Part shown: piece by piece, positions 1 to 9,137 of the stretch
How positions within the stretch are numbered: the stretch's first letter is position 1
Layout of the letters: every line of letters begins with the position of its first letter
Source: an uncultured virus (IMG/VR IMGVR_UViG_2627853969_000002)
Taxonomy: Duplodnaviria > Heunggongvirae > Uroviricota > Caudoviricetes
IMG/VR virus record: IMGVR_UViG_2627853969_000002
Direction: 5' to 3' (one strand)
DNA length: 64,000 nt
Translations under genes and position numbers: made by a program
The notes under the pieces: model-generated
Database searches by the model: none
The model's input: the letters and a program-made list of their open reading frames with translations, nothing else
What the model was told of the DNA's origin: nothing

Positions 1-441
1 GTGCGGGCCAGCCTGCGCTATGTCAACGCCAAGGACAGCAAGGCGATGGTGGTCGCGCTCAAGCGCATCTACCAGTCGGCGAACGCCAAGGAAGCGGCGG
101 TGGAACTGGATGCACTGGAGAGTGAATGGGGAGACAAGTACAAGGCCGTGGTGCGGTTGTGGCGCGGCAACTGGGACAACATCATTCCGTTCTTCCAGTT
201 CCTGCCGCAGATCCGCAAGGTGATCTACACCACCAACGCGATCGAGTCGTTGAACATGGTCATGCGTATGTACACCCGCAACCGACGCATCTTCCCGAAC
301 GACGAGGCGGCATTGAAGGCGCTGTTCATGGCGATCCGGGAGGCGTCAAAGAACTGGAAGAGCATCCATCACTGGAAGCCGGCGTTGCAGAGCTTCCCGT
401 TGATGTTCGGCGAGGAACGGGTGCCGCTGGCGGCGCTGTGA
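1..441 (+). CDS. IS256 (Mutator) family transposase, 5'-partial
   Basis: C-terminal motif IRKVIYTTNAIESLN...RRIFPNDEA typical of IS256 transposases. Confidence 0.93.
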   Translation: MRASLRYVNAKDSKAMVVALKRIYQSANAKEAAVELDALESEWGDKYKAVVRLWRGNWDNIIPFFQFLPQIRKVIYTTNAIESLNMVMRMYTRNRRIFPNDEAALKALFMAIREASKNWKSIHHWKPALQSFPLMFGEERVPLAAL

Positions 442-475
442 TGAAAATCGGTTACACAGTTGGCTTGACAGACCC
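1..475 (+). mobile_element. IS256-family element, right end; terminal IR at 450-475
   Basis: GGTTACACAGTTGGCTTGACAGACCC follows the transposase stop; TTACAC...GACA..CC is the IS256-type end pattern. Confidence 0.75.
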
Positions 476-496
476 ACAGAGCCTCTTGAGGAGCGA

Positions 497-522
497 GGTT
501 ACACAGTTCAGTTTACAGACTC
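497..522 (+). repeat. second IS256-type terminal IR (end of an older, related IS)
   Basis: GGTTACACAGTTCAGTTTACAGACTC is a diverged direct copy of 450-475. Confidence 0.65.
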
Positions 523-943
523 ACCCGTGGGGCTTCGACAGTAGTCCTGGCCAGAAAAAGAAAAGAAATGTGGGCAGAAAAGCGAGAATTAAAAATGAAT
601 AAAAATAATAATTATAAACAATCCGAAAGCCTTTATTCTTTAATAAAGGGCCAAGTGCAGATATTATTAAAAATAAAATTCCTGAAATTATCCACAGGAA
701 CATGACATCGAAATGAAAATATCCTAGATTAATATAATCTCCAATAGTACTAAAAAAAAATCCGATGTGCCCAATGCAGCCAAGGCCATAAAGCTGCATT
801 GAAAATGAAACCATCACCCTTAGGCGTCTAAATAAAAAATATAATGGGATAAATATTGTCGCCAAAAAGATGGAGGCGACAATGAATATGTAAAATAATA
901 TTTCCCAACTTGCGCCACCCATTATCATAGAAAATCCCACCAC
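521..943 (-). CDS. cdiI: putative CdiI immunity protein (multi-pass membrane)
   Basis: AT-rich hydrophobic ORF directly downstream of the CdiA-CT; its stop codon overlaps the IS end. Confidence 0.65.
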   Translation of the reverse strand: MVGFSMIMGGASWEILFYIFIVASIFLATIFIPLYFLFRRLRVMVSFSMQLYGLGCIGHIGFFFSTIGDYINLGYFHFDVMFLWIISGILFLIISALGPLLKNKGFRIVYNYYFYSFLILAFLPTFLFFFWPGLLSKPHG

Positions 944-960
944 ATAAAGTTAAGTTAAAA

Positions 961-2204
961 TTACTTCCCGGAATTCCCATTCAAATAAGCATCGCCGCAT
1001 CCTTTCCCATAGCCCATATTCACACAACCCGTATTAACACGATCATTTGGATTTAAAAGATTATCGACGTGACCTGCTTTTTGCATCAAATAGATCGTAG
1101 CTTGAGTCATATCTTTAATGTAATGCTCATGGATAATCTGAAGACTTGGATCAATCTGCTCCCTAACTAGCTGTTTGATACTCCAATCCTTTACATCCAT
1201 TTTATTTCCATTAAAATAAATATCGCTGAAATTGCCATATCCATTAGACATAATTTCATTGCCCGCTGCCGATCGCCACGCACTCATGACATCACTAGCG
1301 CCCCAGTACTTATTCCAACCCGCCAGTAAATCAAAACCTGGGCCACTCAAATTTCCGCGAGATTGACTTTCCGCCGCAGCAAACCATACCGCCCCCGTCT
1401 GTCTCGCCATCGCCCCGAAGAAATCCGCACGCGGCATAATATCATTAATCGCCGCATAGATTTGGCGATCACTGAAAACTAGATCCAATGTACTCTTGCG
1501 TGAATCTTTAATGTCATTATCCATCAGTCGGAATTGAATAGGCTCATCAATAGTCAGAGGCCCCTGCATAAATGAAGGATAAACTTTTTTCCAAGACTCA
1601 TCCCCCACATAAATGAGTGCATCGCGCACACCCTGCTGGCAAGCGCTTCCCGAAGGGTCCTGGGAACATGCCTGCTTTAGTGCGAGGTCGTTACTTTTCG
1701 AGAGGGCAACATACTTCTGCACCACCTCGTCGCATCCCCCAGACGTGGAACATGAGTCTAGCTCACGTTGCAGTTGAGCAATTTGCTGGTGGTTCAAATA
1801 ATTATTCGCCACCTCATTCCCTGCCGTCGCCGCGCCCGATGCACCACCGGCCACAGCACCCGCCGTCGTCGATGCCAGACCCGTCAACGCATCGGCCAAT
1901 GGCCCGGTCACGCCGGCATTGCGTAGCGCCTCGGCCACCGCCGGGGCCGTCAGCGTGCCCGCCGCCGCGCCTGCGGCGCCGCCCACGCCGCCGGTCAATC
2001 CTCCCACCGCCGTATGCGCCAGCACCCGCAGCGTGCCATTGGCGCCCCACTGGCTGTCCAGTTGGTCGGCCTGGGCGAGCAATTGCGCTTTTTGATCCGG
2101 GTCGGTGGTGTTACCGGCTTGCAGCCGCATGGCCGCCGCTTCGTTCGTCTTGTGCTCGGCGTAATCCCCAATCGCCTTACTGGCCTGCTGCCCGAACGTC
2201 GCCA
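961..2204 (-). CDS. cdiA: CdiA / filamentous haemagglutinin C-terminal part with toxin tip (5' end lost in gap)
   Basis: Gly/Ala pre-toxin region (WGANGTLRVLAH), VENN-like EVANNYL, Cys-rich entry domain, then a low-GC CT. Confidence 0.85.
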
Positions 2205-2514
2205 NNNNNNNNNNNNNNNNNNNNNNNNNNNNNNNNNNNNNNNNNNNNNNNNNNNNNNNNNNNNNNNNNNNNNNNNNNNNNNNNNNNNNNNNNNNNNNNN
2301 NNNNGGAGGTGCAAGTTCGAGGTGCTTCATGACGGCTCCGGGGAATAGCAACCGTCGAGGATGGTGCGCCTAAACTTCCGAAGTGGATGGCAACACAGGG
2401 TAATGGCCGACGGTTCGTCGCCCTCGGTGACGCACCTGTAGAAAATTTAGCAACGGCTCAGGTGAGCGATAGGATCATCGCCGCATTAACCAAAAACGGA
2501 ATTAGGTTATCGCC

Positions 2515-2793
2515 ATGACATTTGGCGCTTTCATTCGCAAGAAGCGTAAGGAAAAAGGCATTCAGATGAATGACTTCGCGCGGCAACTTGCGATCTCTCC
2601 CGCTTATTGGTCGCGTATAGAACGCGACATGGAAAAGCCTCCCAAGGACGAACTGATCCAGAAGGCAGCGGACCTCTTGGACTTGAACGCCGACGATGCC
2701 TTCGTGGAAGCCCGTCGTCTTCCGCCCGACATTCGTCACGATGTAGGGAATCTGGTGCGGATGTACCGCAAGCGCCCCAAAAAGGACCAGTAA
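2515..2793 (+). CDS. XRE-family HTH regulator
   Basis: FGAFIRKKRKEKGI...ARQLAISPAYWSRIERD (HTH_3 pattern). Confidence 0.9.
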   Translation: MTFGAFIRKKRKEKGIQMNDFARQLAISPAYWSRIERDMEKPPKDELIQKAADLLDLNADDAFVEARRLPPDIRHDVGNLVRMYRKRPKKDQ

Positions 2794-2916
2794 ATGTCGC
2801 CTGCTGACGGTACACCCGGCCAAGCTCTGGCTGTGATCCCCCCGGTCGCTGAGCGCGACTGCCCCGTGCGGGTGGAGCGAGACGACCTTCTTCATCAGGA
2901 GACCCGAATGCACTGA
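2794..2916 (+). CDS. 40-aa small ORF (not in ORF track)
   Basis: MSPADGTPGQALAVIPPVAERDCPVRVERDDLLHQETRMH; frame and length conserved at 23553-23675. Confidence 0.5.
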   Translation: MSPADGTPGQALAVIPPVAERDCPVRVERDDLLHQETRMH

Positions 2917-3015
2917 CGCGCAGTCGCCATTGTTGTCGACTCCGCAGCGGCATTATTTTCATTTTCAAATTAACAGTTCGCGCAATCGTGTAATTTTCAG
3001 AAATGGATTTTCCCC

Positions 3016-4443
3016 ATGTCAGTAGACCCTTCCATTGATGGACAGCCCCCCATTCCCGCCTCGGAGAACCAGCCTGCCAAGCAGGACCGCAAATGCCAAT
3101 CGGATGATGCAGGTCCGCTCATCCTGCCGGACATGCAGCACTTCGTCACCTTGCTACGCAAGGTCAAGCATCCGTACCAGGCTTTGCTGCTGATCGAGCG
3201 CGCCAGTGACTCCCCATTACCCGAGAGGGAGACGCTGACCGATACGGCCAGCGGACCGTTATCCGTTGAATCGCGCAAGGCGATGTTCCATTGGATCGCA
3301 ACGCTCGACGCCACGGTCCGGCGTCGGATCGAACACGCCGCCGAACGCATCATGCTGCTGGACGATGAGTACGGCGCTCAAGCCGTCCAGTCGCTGCTCG
3401 ACGAACACGACGACGCCGATGTCCTTGGAATGCTCAGCGACCGCCACAGTCGCGCGCTGTACTTGTACCTGTTGCAGGACTTTCTCCCAGACGGGACCAA
3501 GCCTGATCCACGCTTTGAGCAAGCCGAACGCTTGCAGGCGATGCATCGGCAATGGAAGAGCGAGAACTACTCCAGCCACTACCTTGGCCCCAGGGGTGTC
3601 GTGCCGCAGGTCAGCCCTGATGTCGAGGACGCCTTGCGCAGGCGCATCACTGCGCTGTTCCCGCAGGTATCACCCGACCAAATCCTCATCGAGCAATTCA
3701 CCCAGCGCGACCTTGCGCCTACCGCCCCCAGCAGCGGGCAGGATGCAGATAACGCCGACTCCGTCCTCCTGCACACCCTCACCGCCACGTTCAATGGCGC
3801 CACCACCCACTACCAGCAGGTCAAGGACGGCGAGGTGGAAGACCATGAACTACCCGTTGCGATGTCGGCCTGTTTTTCATGGGAGCCACAGACCGGCGCG
3901 CTCAGCGTGCATTGCGAGGATCGCGAAATTCGCCGCGAGTTGGCCACTGTCTTCCGCGATGTGGCCCTCACCTGTAAGGACGGCATTACCGACATCCCCG
4001 TGCGCGAATTCGACATCTTTGGCTTTTCCACACCCCAGATGCTCGCACGCTTGGAACACGAGCGTGTGGCCGGAGTGGAAAAAGTCACGATCCTCCAACT
4101 CAAGGTGGCACACCTGTTCGAGCAGATGACCACCGACGAAGCCAACGAACGCGACATCGCGCAGCACCTGTCCAGCACCCTGCTCATCGGTCGGGATCGG
4201 CGCGACACCCGCAACATTTATGAGGTGGCCAACGACGACTATGGCATCGACGATCTGACCAGGTACACCGTGACACAAGTCAAACTCGTGTTCCGGATGG
4301 CCAAACAGCCACACCGCAAGGCGCATAACCTCGCCGTCCAGATCACCGCACCGAACGGTCTGAACGACAAGAGCAAGACTGAGGACGACCGCAAGCGCGT
4401 CTTGCAGCAGCTTGCTCGCATCGGCGTGCTTCGCGAGGGCTGA
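3016..4443 (+). CDS. prophage hypothetical protein (475 aa)
   Basis: Long ORF with a conserved paralogue at 23775-25196. Confidence 0.85.
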   Translation: MSVDPSIDGQPPIPASENQPAKQDRKCQSDDAGPLILPDMQHFVTLLRKVKHPYQALLLIERASDSPLPERETLTDTASGPLSVESRKAMFHWIATLDATVRRRIEHAAERIMLLDDEYGAQAVQSLLDEHDDADVLGMLSDRHSRALYLYLLQDFLPDGTKPDPRFEQAERLQAMHRQWKSENYSSHYLGPRGVVPQVSPDVEDALRRRITALFPQVSPDQILIEQFTQRDLAPTAPSSGQDADNADSVLLHTLTATFNGATTHYQQVKDGEVEDHELPVAMSACFSWEPQTGALSVHCEDREIRRELATVFRDVALTCKDGITDIPVREFDIFGFSTPQMLARLEHERVAGVEKVTILQLKVAHLFEQMTTDEANERDIAQHLSSTLLIGRDRRDTRNIYEVANDDYGIDDLTRYTVTQVKLVFRMAKQPHRKAHNLAVQITAPNGLNDKSKTEDDRKRVLQQLARIGVLREG

Positions 4444-4456
4444 AGGGGCGCAGGCG

Positions 4457-5392
4457 ATGTCAGCTTACGTGGAGTTTTTCAATGCCCTGGATCGGCTACA
4501 ACGACTTGACGCACCCGTGATGGCCAATACGCTCGGTCGATCCAACGCCGATTTTTTGCATCGGCGCTGGATCACCGAGAGCGGATACCTCACCCACGTG
4601 ATGGTGCCCTTCCTCGACTCGCAACAAGAGGTCGAGATCCAGGCCGACCCGGAGGCGGCGGTCTACCGCTATCGCAGTCCACAGCAGCGTGGCAGGACGA
4701 TCACCAGACCCTTGACGGAGATCGCCCTGTACACGCTGCAGCTGGACGTCTGGCTCGACGATGTGGCCTGGTTGATCGGAATCGAGGAACCTCGGCGCTC
4801 CGCCCGCCGTGTCGGCGTGCCCGATCACCTGTGGCATCTGGGCGATGCACGGATCATCGGCACCGACGAGTTCGTGCCGGTGTTCGTGGCGCGAGCATTC
4901 CAGCGCGCCCCGAAAATCGAGATGGCAACGGCGCTGGCCGATGCCATCTGGCCACGCAGTGGCATCCTATTGGCGCCGCCGCCCTCGCTAACCACCGCGC
5001 TACCACGTGACCACGCCATGCGATCTCTCCACGAATTCGTTCGCGTGGACGACGGAAGGGACGTCTTCGATGCGAGCGCCTTCGACCGCGTCTTGCGCGG
5101 CCATGCCACGCCCACTGAGGGAGCAGAACCGGAGCAGTTCTTACACGGCCAACGCTTGAAGCTTCCCCACTTCGTGACTTGGCGTGAATTGTCCCGCGAG
5201 CGCGCCAAGATCATCAAACACATGTGGGGGACCGACGGTCAGGCCACTCCCGAGATGTCGTGGGCGCAGGTCAACCGCATCGTCAACACCGGCTACCAGT
5301 CCTTCGATGACGCTTTCGGTGGCAAAGCCGAGCGCGAGGACGTGCTATGGCTGGTCAAGCGCGGCAAATACCGCCTGCGGCGCAAACCATAA
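4457..5392 (+). CDS. prophage hypothetical protein, possible C-terminal wHTH
   Basis: ATG at 4457; paralogue at 25210-26145; C-terminus ends in a KRGKYRL wing-like motif. Confidence 0.8.
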   Translation: MSAYVEFFNALDRLQRLDAPVMANTLGRSNADFLHRRWITESGYLTHVMVPFLDSQQEVEIQADPEAAVYRYRSPQQRGRTITRPLTEIALYTLQLDVWLDDVAWLIGIEEPRRSARRVGVPDHLWHLGDARIIGTDEFVPVFVARAFQRAPKIEMATALADAIWPRSGILLAPPPSLTTALPRDHAMRSLHEFVRVDDGRDVFDASAFDRVLRGHATPTEGAEPEQFLHGQRLKLPHFVTWRELSRERAKIIKHMWGTDGQATPEMSWAQVNRIVNTGYQSFDDAFGGKAEREDVLWLVKRGKYRLRRKP

Positions 5393-5563
5393 ACGCGACC
5401 ATAAATCGCTTCATACCTGAACCATCCACCGGTCCCTCGGTGATGCCTTCGATGGCAAGGCCGAGCGTGAGGGCGTGCCCTGGCTGGTCAAGCGCAGCAA
5501 ATACCGGCTGCGGCGCAAAAACCATAAATGCGCCCATAAATCGCGCCATACACGGACCATAAA
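5295..5563 (+). repeat. two tandem ~133-bp units, each with CCATAAA-like mini-repeats
   Basis: Units start at about 5295 and 5428; unit 1 is the 3' end of the upstream gene. Confidence 0.85.
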
Positions 5564-5612
5564 TTCGTGTGGAAACTTCGCTGCGCCCATTTCACCAAAG
5601 AGGCGTATCGAC

Positions 5613-5876
5613 ATGACAACCCGACTTCCCGCCACACAAATCGGTCAACTTTGTGAAAACAAAGATCCCGGTAGCACCACCCGCATCGCCCTTGACGAGA
5701 GCGAACTGGCCGCGCGCTGGGGACTATCCGTCAAGACCTTGCGCCGCTGGCGCCAGGAACAACTCGGCCCGGTCTTCTGCAAGCTCGGAGCGCGCGTCAC
5801 TTACCTGATCTGCGACGTCGAAGCCTTCGAGCAACGCGTCTCGCGCTACTCGACCTTCGCTCGGGCCTATCCGTGA
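5613..5876 (+). CDS. MerR/AlpA-like HTH (excisionase-like) DNA-binding protein
   Basis: LDESELAARWGLSVKTLRRWR...GPVFCKLGARVTY; RBS GAGG upstream. Confidence 0.85.
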   Translation: MTTRLPATQIGQLCENKDPGSTTRIALDESELAARWGLSVKTLRRWRQEQLGPVFCKLGARVTYLICDVEAFEQRVSRYSTFARAYP

Positions 5877-5994
5877 GCAGGACGGCGATGGGCGATCTGA
5901 CATCGCCATCGCTGCGATGTGCGTTCGGTACCGCACACCCCCTGGACCCTGACACGCCGTCCCTTTCCCATCTCTTCGATTCGGAGCGACACGC

Positions 5995-6270
5995 ATGAAC
6001 CTGATCACATCACTGCGCCACAAACTGTCCTACCTCTATGGCGAACACCTTCCTAACGAAATCCACTATCACCGGGCAGATGGGCAACACGTCGTTGTCG
6101 CACTCCAAGACGCCACGGTCGACCAGCTGGCCTTCGCCATCCAGACCATCAATACCGAGTCTGTGGCACTGAGCCGCCATCGCAACGCGTTGGAAGAACT
6201 CCACACCGAGGTACGCAAACGCTCCGCGTGTGGGGCAGACCGCATCGCCGACGTTGCATGGGATAACTGA
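5995..6270 (+). CDS. prophage hypothetical protein
   Basis: RBS GGAG; paralogue at 26887-27162. Confidence 0.75.
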   Translation: MNLITSLRHKLSYLYGEHLPNEIHYHRADGQHVVVALQDATVDQLAFAIQTINTESVALSRHRNALEELHTEVRKRSACGADRIADVAWDN

Positions 6271-6272
6271 AC

Positions 6273-6447
6273 ATGACCCACCCTCATCCCGTCGAGAGCA
6301 TCGAACCCATGGTCGATGCCAAACACGCGGCGGCGGCATTGCGCCTGCCCTACTACTGGTTCTCTGACCAGGCGATGCGCAACAAATACCGGATTCCGCA
6401 CTACCTGCTCGGGGGGCTGGTGCGCTACCGGCTATCGGAACTGTCCG
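6273..6447 (+). CDS. small HTH-like prophage protein (continues at 50639-50805)
   Basis: Paralogue at 27165-27416; cut by the gap. Confidence 0.75.
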
Positions 6448-6547
6448 NNNNNNNNNNNNNNNNNNNNNNNNNNNNNNNNNNNNNNNNNNNNNNNNNNNNN
6501 NNNNNNNNNNNNNNNNNNNNNNNNNNNNNNNNNNNNNNNNNNNNNNN

Positions 6548-6784
6548 TGTCCCTGTCAGATCACTGATCTGCAAATAACTCACTCCATCGCGCTTAAACT
6601 CGTAGATGTGCCACGACGGATCTAGTGATAGATCAGGGGCCTTCGGAGCGCTTTCCCCAAGGCCCGTGGCCACCGAAGGAGTATGGTGACCACTATCCGG
6701 GCAGCAGGCATGCGCGACGTTGGCGCCAGCGAGCAGCCCACCAGCCAACACGATGTTCAACATGGTGCTTGTCTTGATTTCCAT
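6548..6784 (-). CDS. small secreted protein (3'-partial)
   Basis: Signal peptide ending in AHA, followed by CCP...SWHIYEFKRDGVSYLQI. Confidence 0.65.
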
Positions 6785-7318
6785 GAGTTTGCCTTTCCCC
6801 TGAATGGGGAGATTTCGCCTGCATTTCAGGCTTACTCAAGGTACGTGCTGCAACAAGTCACCTGTTGACAAATGAAGCAGACAATCTTGACCAACGGCAA
6901 GGTTTCAACAACAAGTCGCCCCTGAGAGACACCACCCTACAGCCATGCAGCTCAGCCACTTGACGGCAACGCATCACCAATGACGGACCTCGATATGCGC
7001 GATGCACTCAGGGCCGATACGTTAGGTCCGATCTGACGGAGTGTGGCGGAATTTATGAAAATTTCACACTTCAAAAAAGGACGATTTTTGTACCACTCGT
7101 ATCGCATTCTCAGTCGCCTCTGCTAGAGTATGAGAAGAAGCAAACCGATGGCGCGTAAACCCGCATCAACACACGACTCTGCCTCTTGTATGTTCAAGAG
7201 GTCAGCAGAGAACGGAGAGAGAAAAACGGGTAAATGAGCGCCGAAAACGGCACCTGCGGCATGTGCATGCTCAAGAGGCCAATGCGGGAAGCCCCGCCAA
7301 CACTGGGGTTCCGGGCAT

Positions 7319-7348
7319 AAAAAAACCCAACGGAGAACGGTTGGGTTC
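7319..7348 (-). terminator. intrinsic terminator
   Basis: Minus strand AACCCAAC-loop-GTTGGGTT stem running into a T7 tract. Confidence 0.55.
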
Positions 7349-7694
7349 TTGGTGAATGGTGGTGCAGTTGCCGCCCCAACTGCAACCTGTTCTCTCAAAG
7401 CATTGGCATGAATTCGAACTCATGAGCAATATTGAGCGTCGCACACACCAAAGTTGAGCTGCAGTGAACAAGTCAGACCATCAACGCATGACTCAGACCA
7501 ACCAGCCTCCACGATAGCCCAGACGGCTCACAACGGCAAAGACGCGGGTGCCCCCCACCCACGGCCAGAGCTCCGCCCTAGGCTGTGAGCCACCACCATG
7601 CACCGGACTTGACCAGTGCATACTGGCGGCTTCGAGGCTGTTCAACCGTAACCGTCCTCGATAAGATGAGCAGCTTAAGGATGGGGAGCTCACC

Positions 7695-8288
7695 ATGCCG
7701 CTAGGCGTCTTTCCGAAGTTCATCCGGAACAACTATGAACTGCACGAGTGGCGACACGCCACGGCCATCCTCGCGGCGGATTTTCCGAACGAATTGGCCG
7801 ATATGATCGACGTGCTCAACCGCTTTCGGATGCTGCGTAGTTACATCAACAAGGGCGGCGGGCGCAAGTCACAACTGGCAGCGTGGATTGACGAGGAACT
7901 GGCCAATAAAGGGTGGGTAGAGAAGCAGTTTCTCACCCAGATCCGGGTAGATAACCAGACCCATAACTCCCCCACCCACAAGATCGACTGCTACAAGAAC
8001 CGGGTAGCGTTGGAGATCGAGTGGAACAACAAGGATCCGTTCTACGACCGAGATTTGAACAATTTTCGCTTGTTGTTCGACCTGCGTACCGTCAGCGTGG
8101 GCGTGATAATCACGCGTTGCGATGATCTACAGACCATCTTTGAAGACCTTGGACGAGGCGCATCTTACGGCCAGTCGACCACCCACATGAGCAAGTTACT
8201 GCCACGCATTGAGGGCGGCGGCGGCGGCGGCTGCCCTCTGCTCGTAATCGGCATCAAGTCTTCGCTTTATGTGGAGGACGACGAGTAG
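7695..8288 (+). CDS. BglII/BamHI-like type II restriction endonuclease
   Basis: THKIDCYKNRVALEIEWNNKDPFYDRDL (D...ExE catalytic pattern); RBS GGGGAG. Confidence 0.8.
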   Translation: MPLGVFPKFIRNNYELHEWRHATAILAADFPNELADMIDVLNRFRMLRSYINKGGGRKSQLAAWIDEELANKGWVEKQFLTQIRVDNQTHNSPTHKIDCYKNRVALEIEWNNKDPFYDRDLNNFRLLFDLRTVSVGVIITRCDDLQTIFEDLGRGASYGQSTTHMSKLLPRIEGGGGGGCPLLVIGIKSSLYVEDDE

Positions 8289-8928
8289 CCGGCTCTTTGT
8301 GGCTCTGAGAATGGTTAGCGTAAGTATTCCAAGTTGGTGTGTAATCGTCGGACTGGTTGCCCCACACCGTCCAACCCTTGCGTGGGCCACGGGCGAACAT
8401 CTCCAGAAATGGCCCAGGCGAACAAGCTTCAATCAACGGATACTGTTCGTCAGGCTTGCGTGAATGCTCCCGCTTCTGCGAAGCGATGAAGTTTACCTGT
8501 GATCTGCCAGGAGCCAAGGTGCGCGCATTTTTACCACGCACCCCGAACAGGATCAGTTCCGTAGTGTTTCGGAAGTAGAAACCAACACCACGGCCATCCG
8601 GGCCGCCATCCTTGCGCACTTTATGCCAGACCAGGTTGCTCTTGTAGTTGAAGCCCCAGGCTTCCAGCACCTGAATACCTTCAAGCAACAGGGCGTTAGG
8701 TACCCATAGATACAGATGGGCCGTCGCTGCCACCACGTCCGTCACCGGCAACGCCATGATGTCCTCCAAAGTCATCGTGCCATAGCGGCTCAGCCGCTTG
8801 TGTTCGGGTGCCATCTTGCCGGTGCGGTTCTGAAACCGCCACGGTGGGTCAGCCAAGACAGTTCGGAAGTGCTTGCCTTTGGCAATCTGGAGAAGTTCAG
8901 CTGCGGGATCGAGGGGCTTGGGGCTCAC
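8254..8928 (-). CDS. MT-A70 family adenine methyltransferase
   Basis: ADPPW, HLYLWVPN, REHSRKP and LEMFAR motifs; GTG start at 8928 is inferred. Confidence 0.9.
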   Translation of the reverse strand: MSPKPLDPAAELLQIAKGKHFRTVLADPPWRFQNRTGKMAPEHKRLSRYGTMTLEDIMALPVTDVVAATAHLYLWVPNALLLEGIQVLEAWGFNYKSNLVWHKVRKDGGPDGRGVGFYFRNTTELILFGVRGKNARTLAPGRSQVNFIASQKREHSRKPDEQYPLIEACSPGPFLEMFARGPRKGWTVWGNQSDDYTPTWNTYANHSQSHKEPATRRPPHKAKT

Positions 8929-9137
8929 GGATGACCAATGATGAACGATTGAAGGGACGATAGCTGGAAGGCAGCACGCCACCATAGATGGTTCAAACGA
9001 AAAAGCCAATGACGATTTCAGTGGGTCAGTTTGAGGTTGTTGTTGACAACTTGTCGGCTGCATACTGTTCGACATGCTCGTCACTCCCCTTGGCGAACCC
9101 GAGACACTTGACTTCGGAACCCACCCTGCAGCTGTCG

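Larger units (their letters stand above)
2305..6447 (+). mobile_element. prophage copy A, early region (contig 1)
   Basis: Gene-for-gene paralogue of about 23077-27340. Confidence 0.85.

Noticed and set aside
7350..7390. tRNA 3' end or tRNA-type att site (TGGTG... pattern)
   Set aside because: No T-loop GTTCGA or cloverleaf; no tRNA or rRNA gene is recognisable anywhere in the window.
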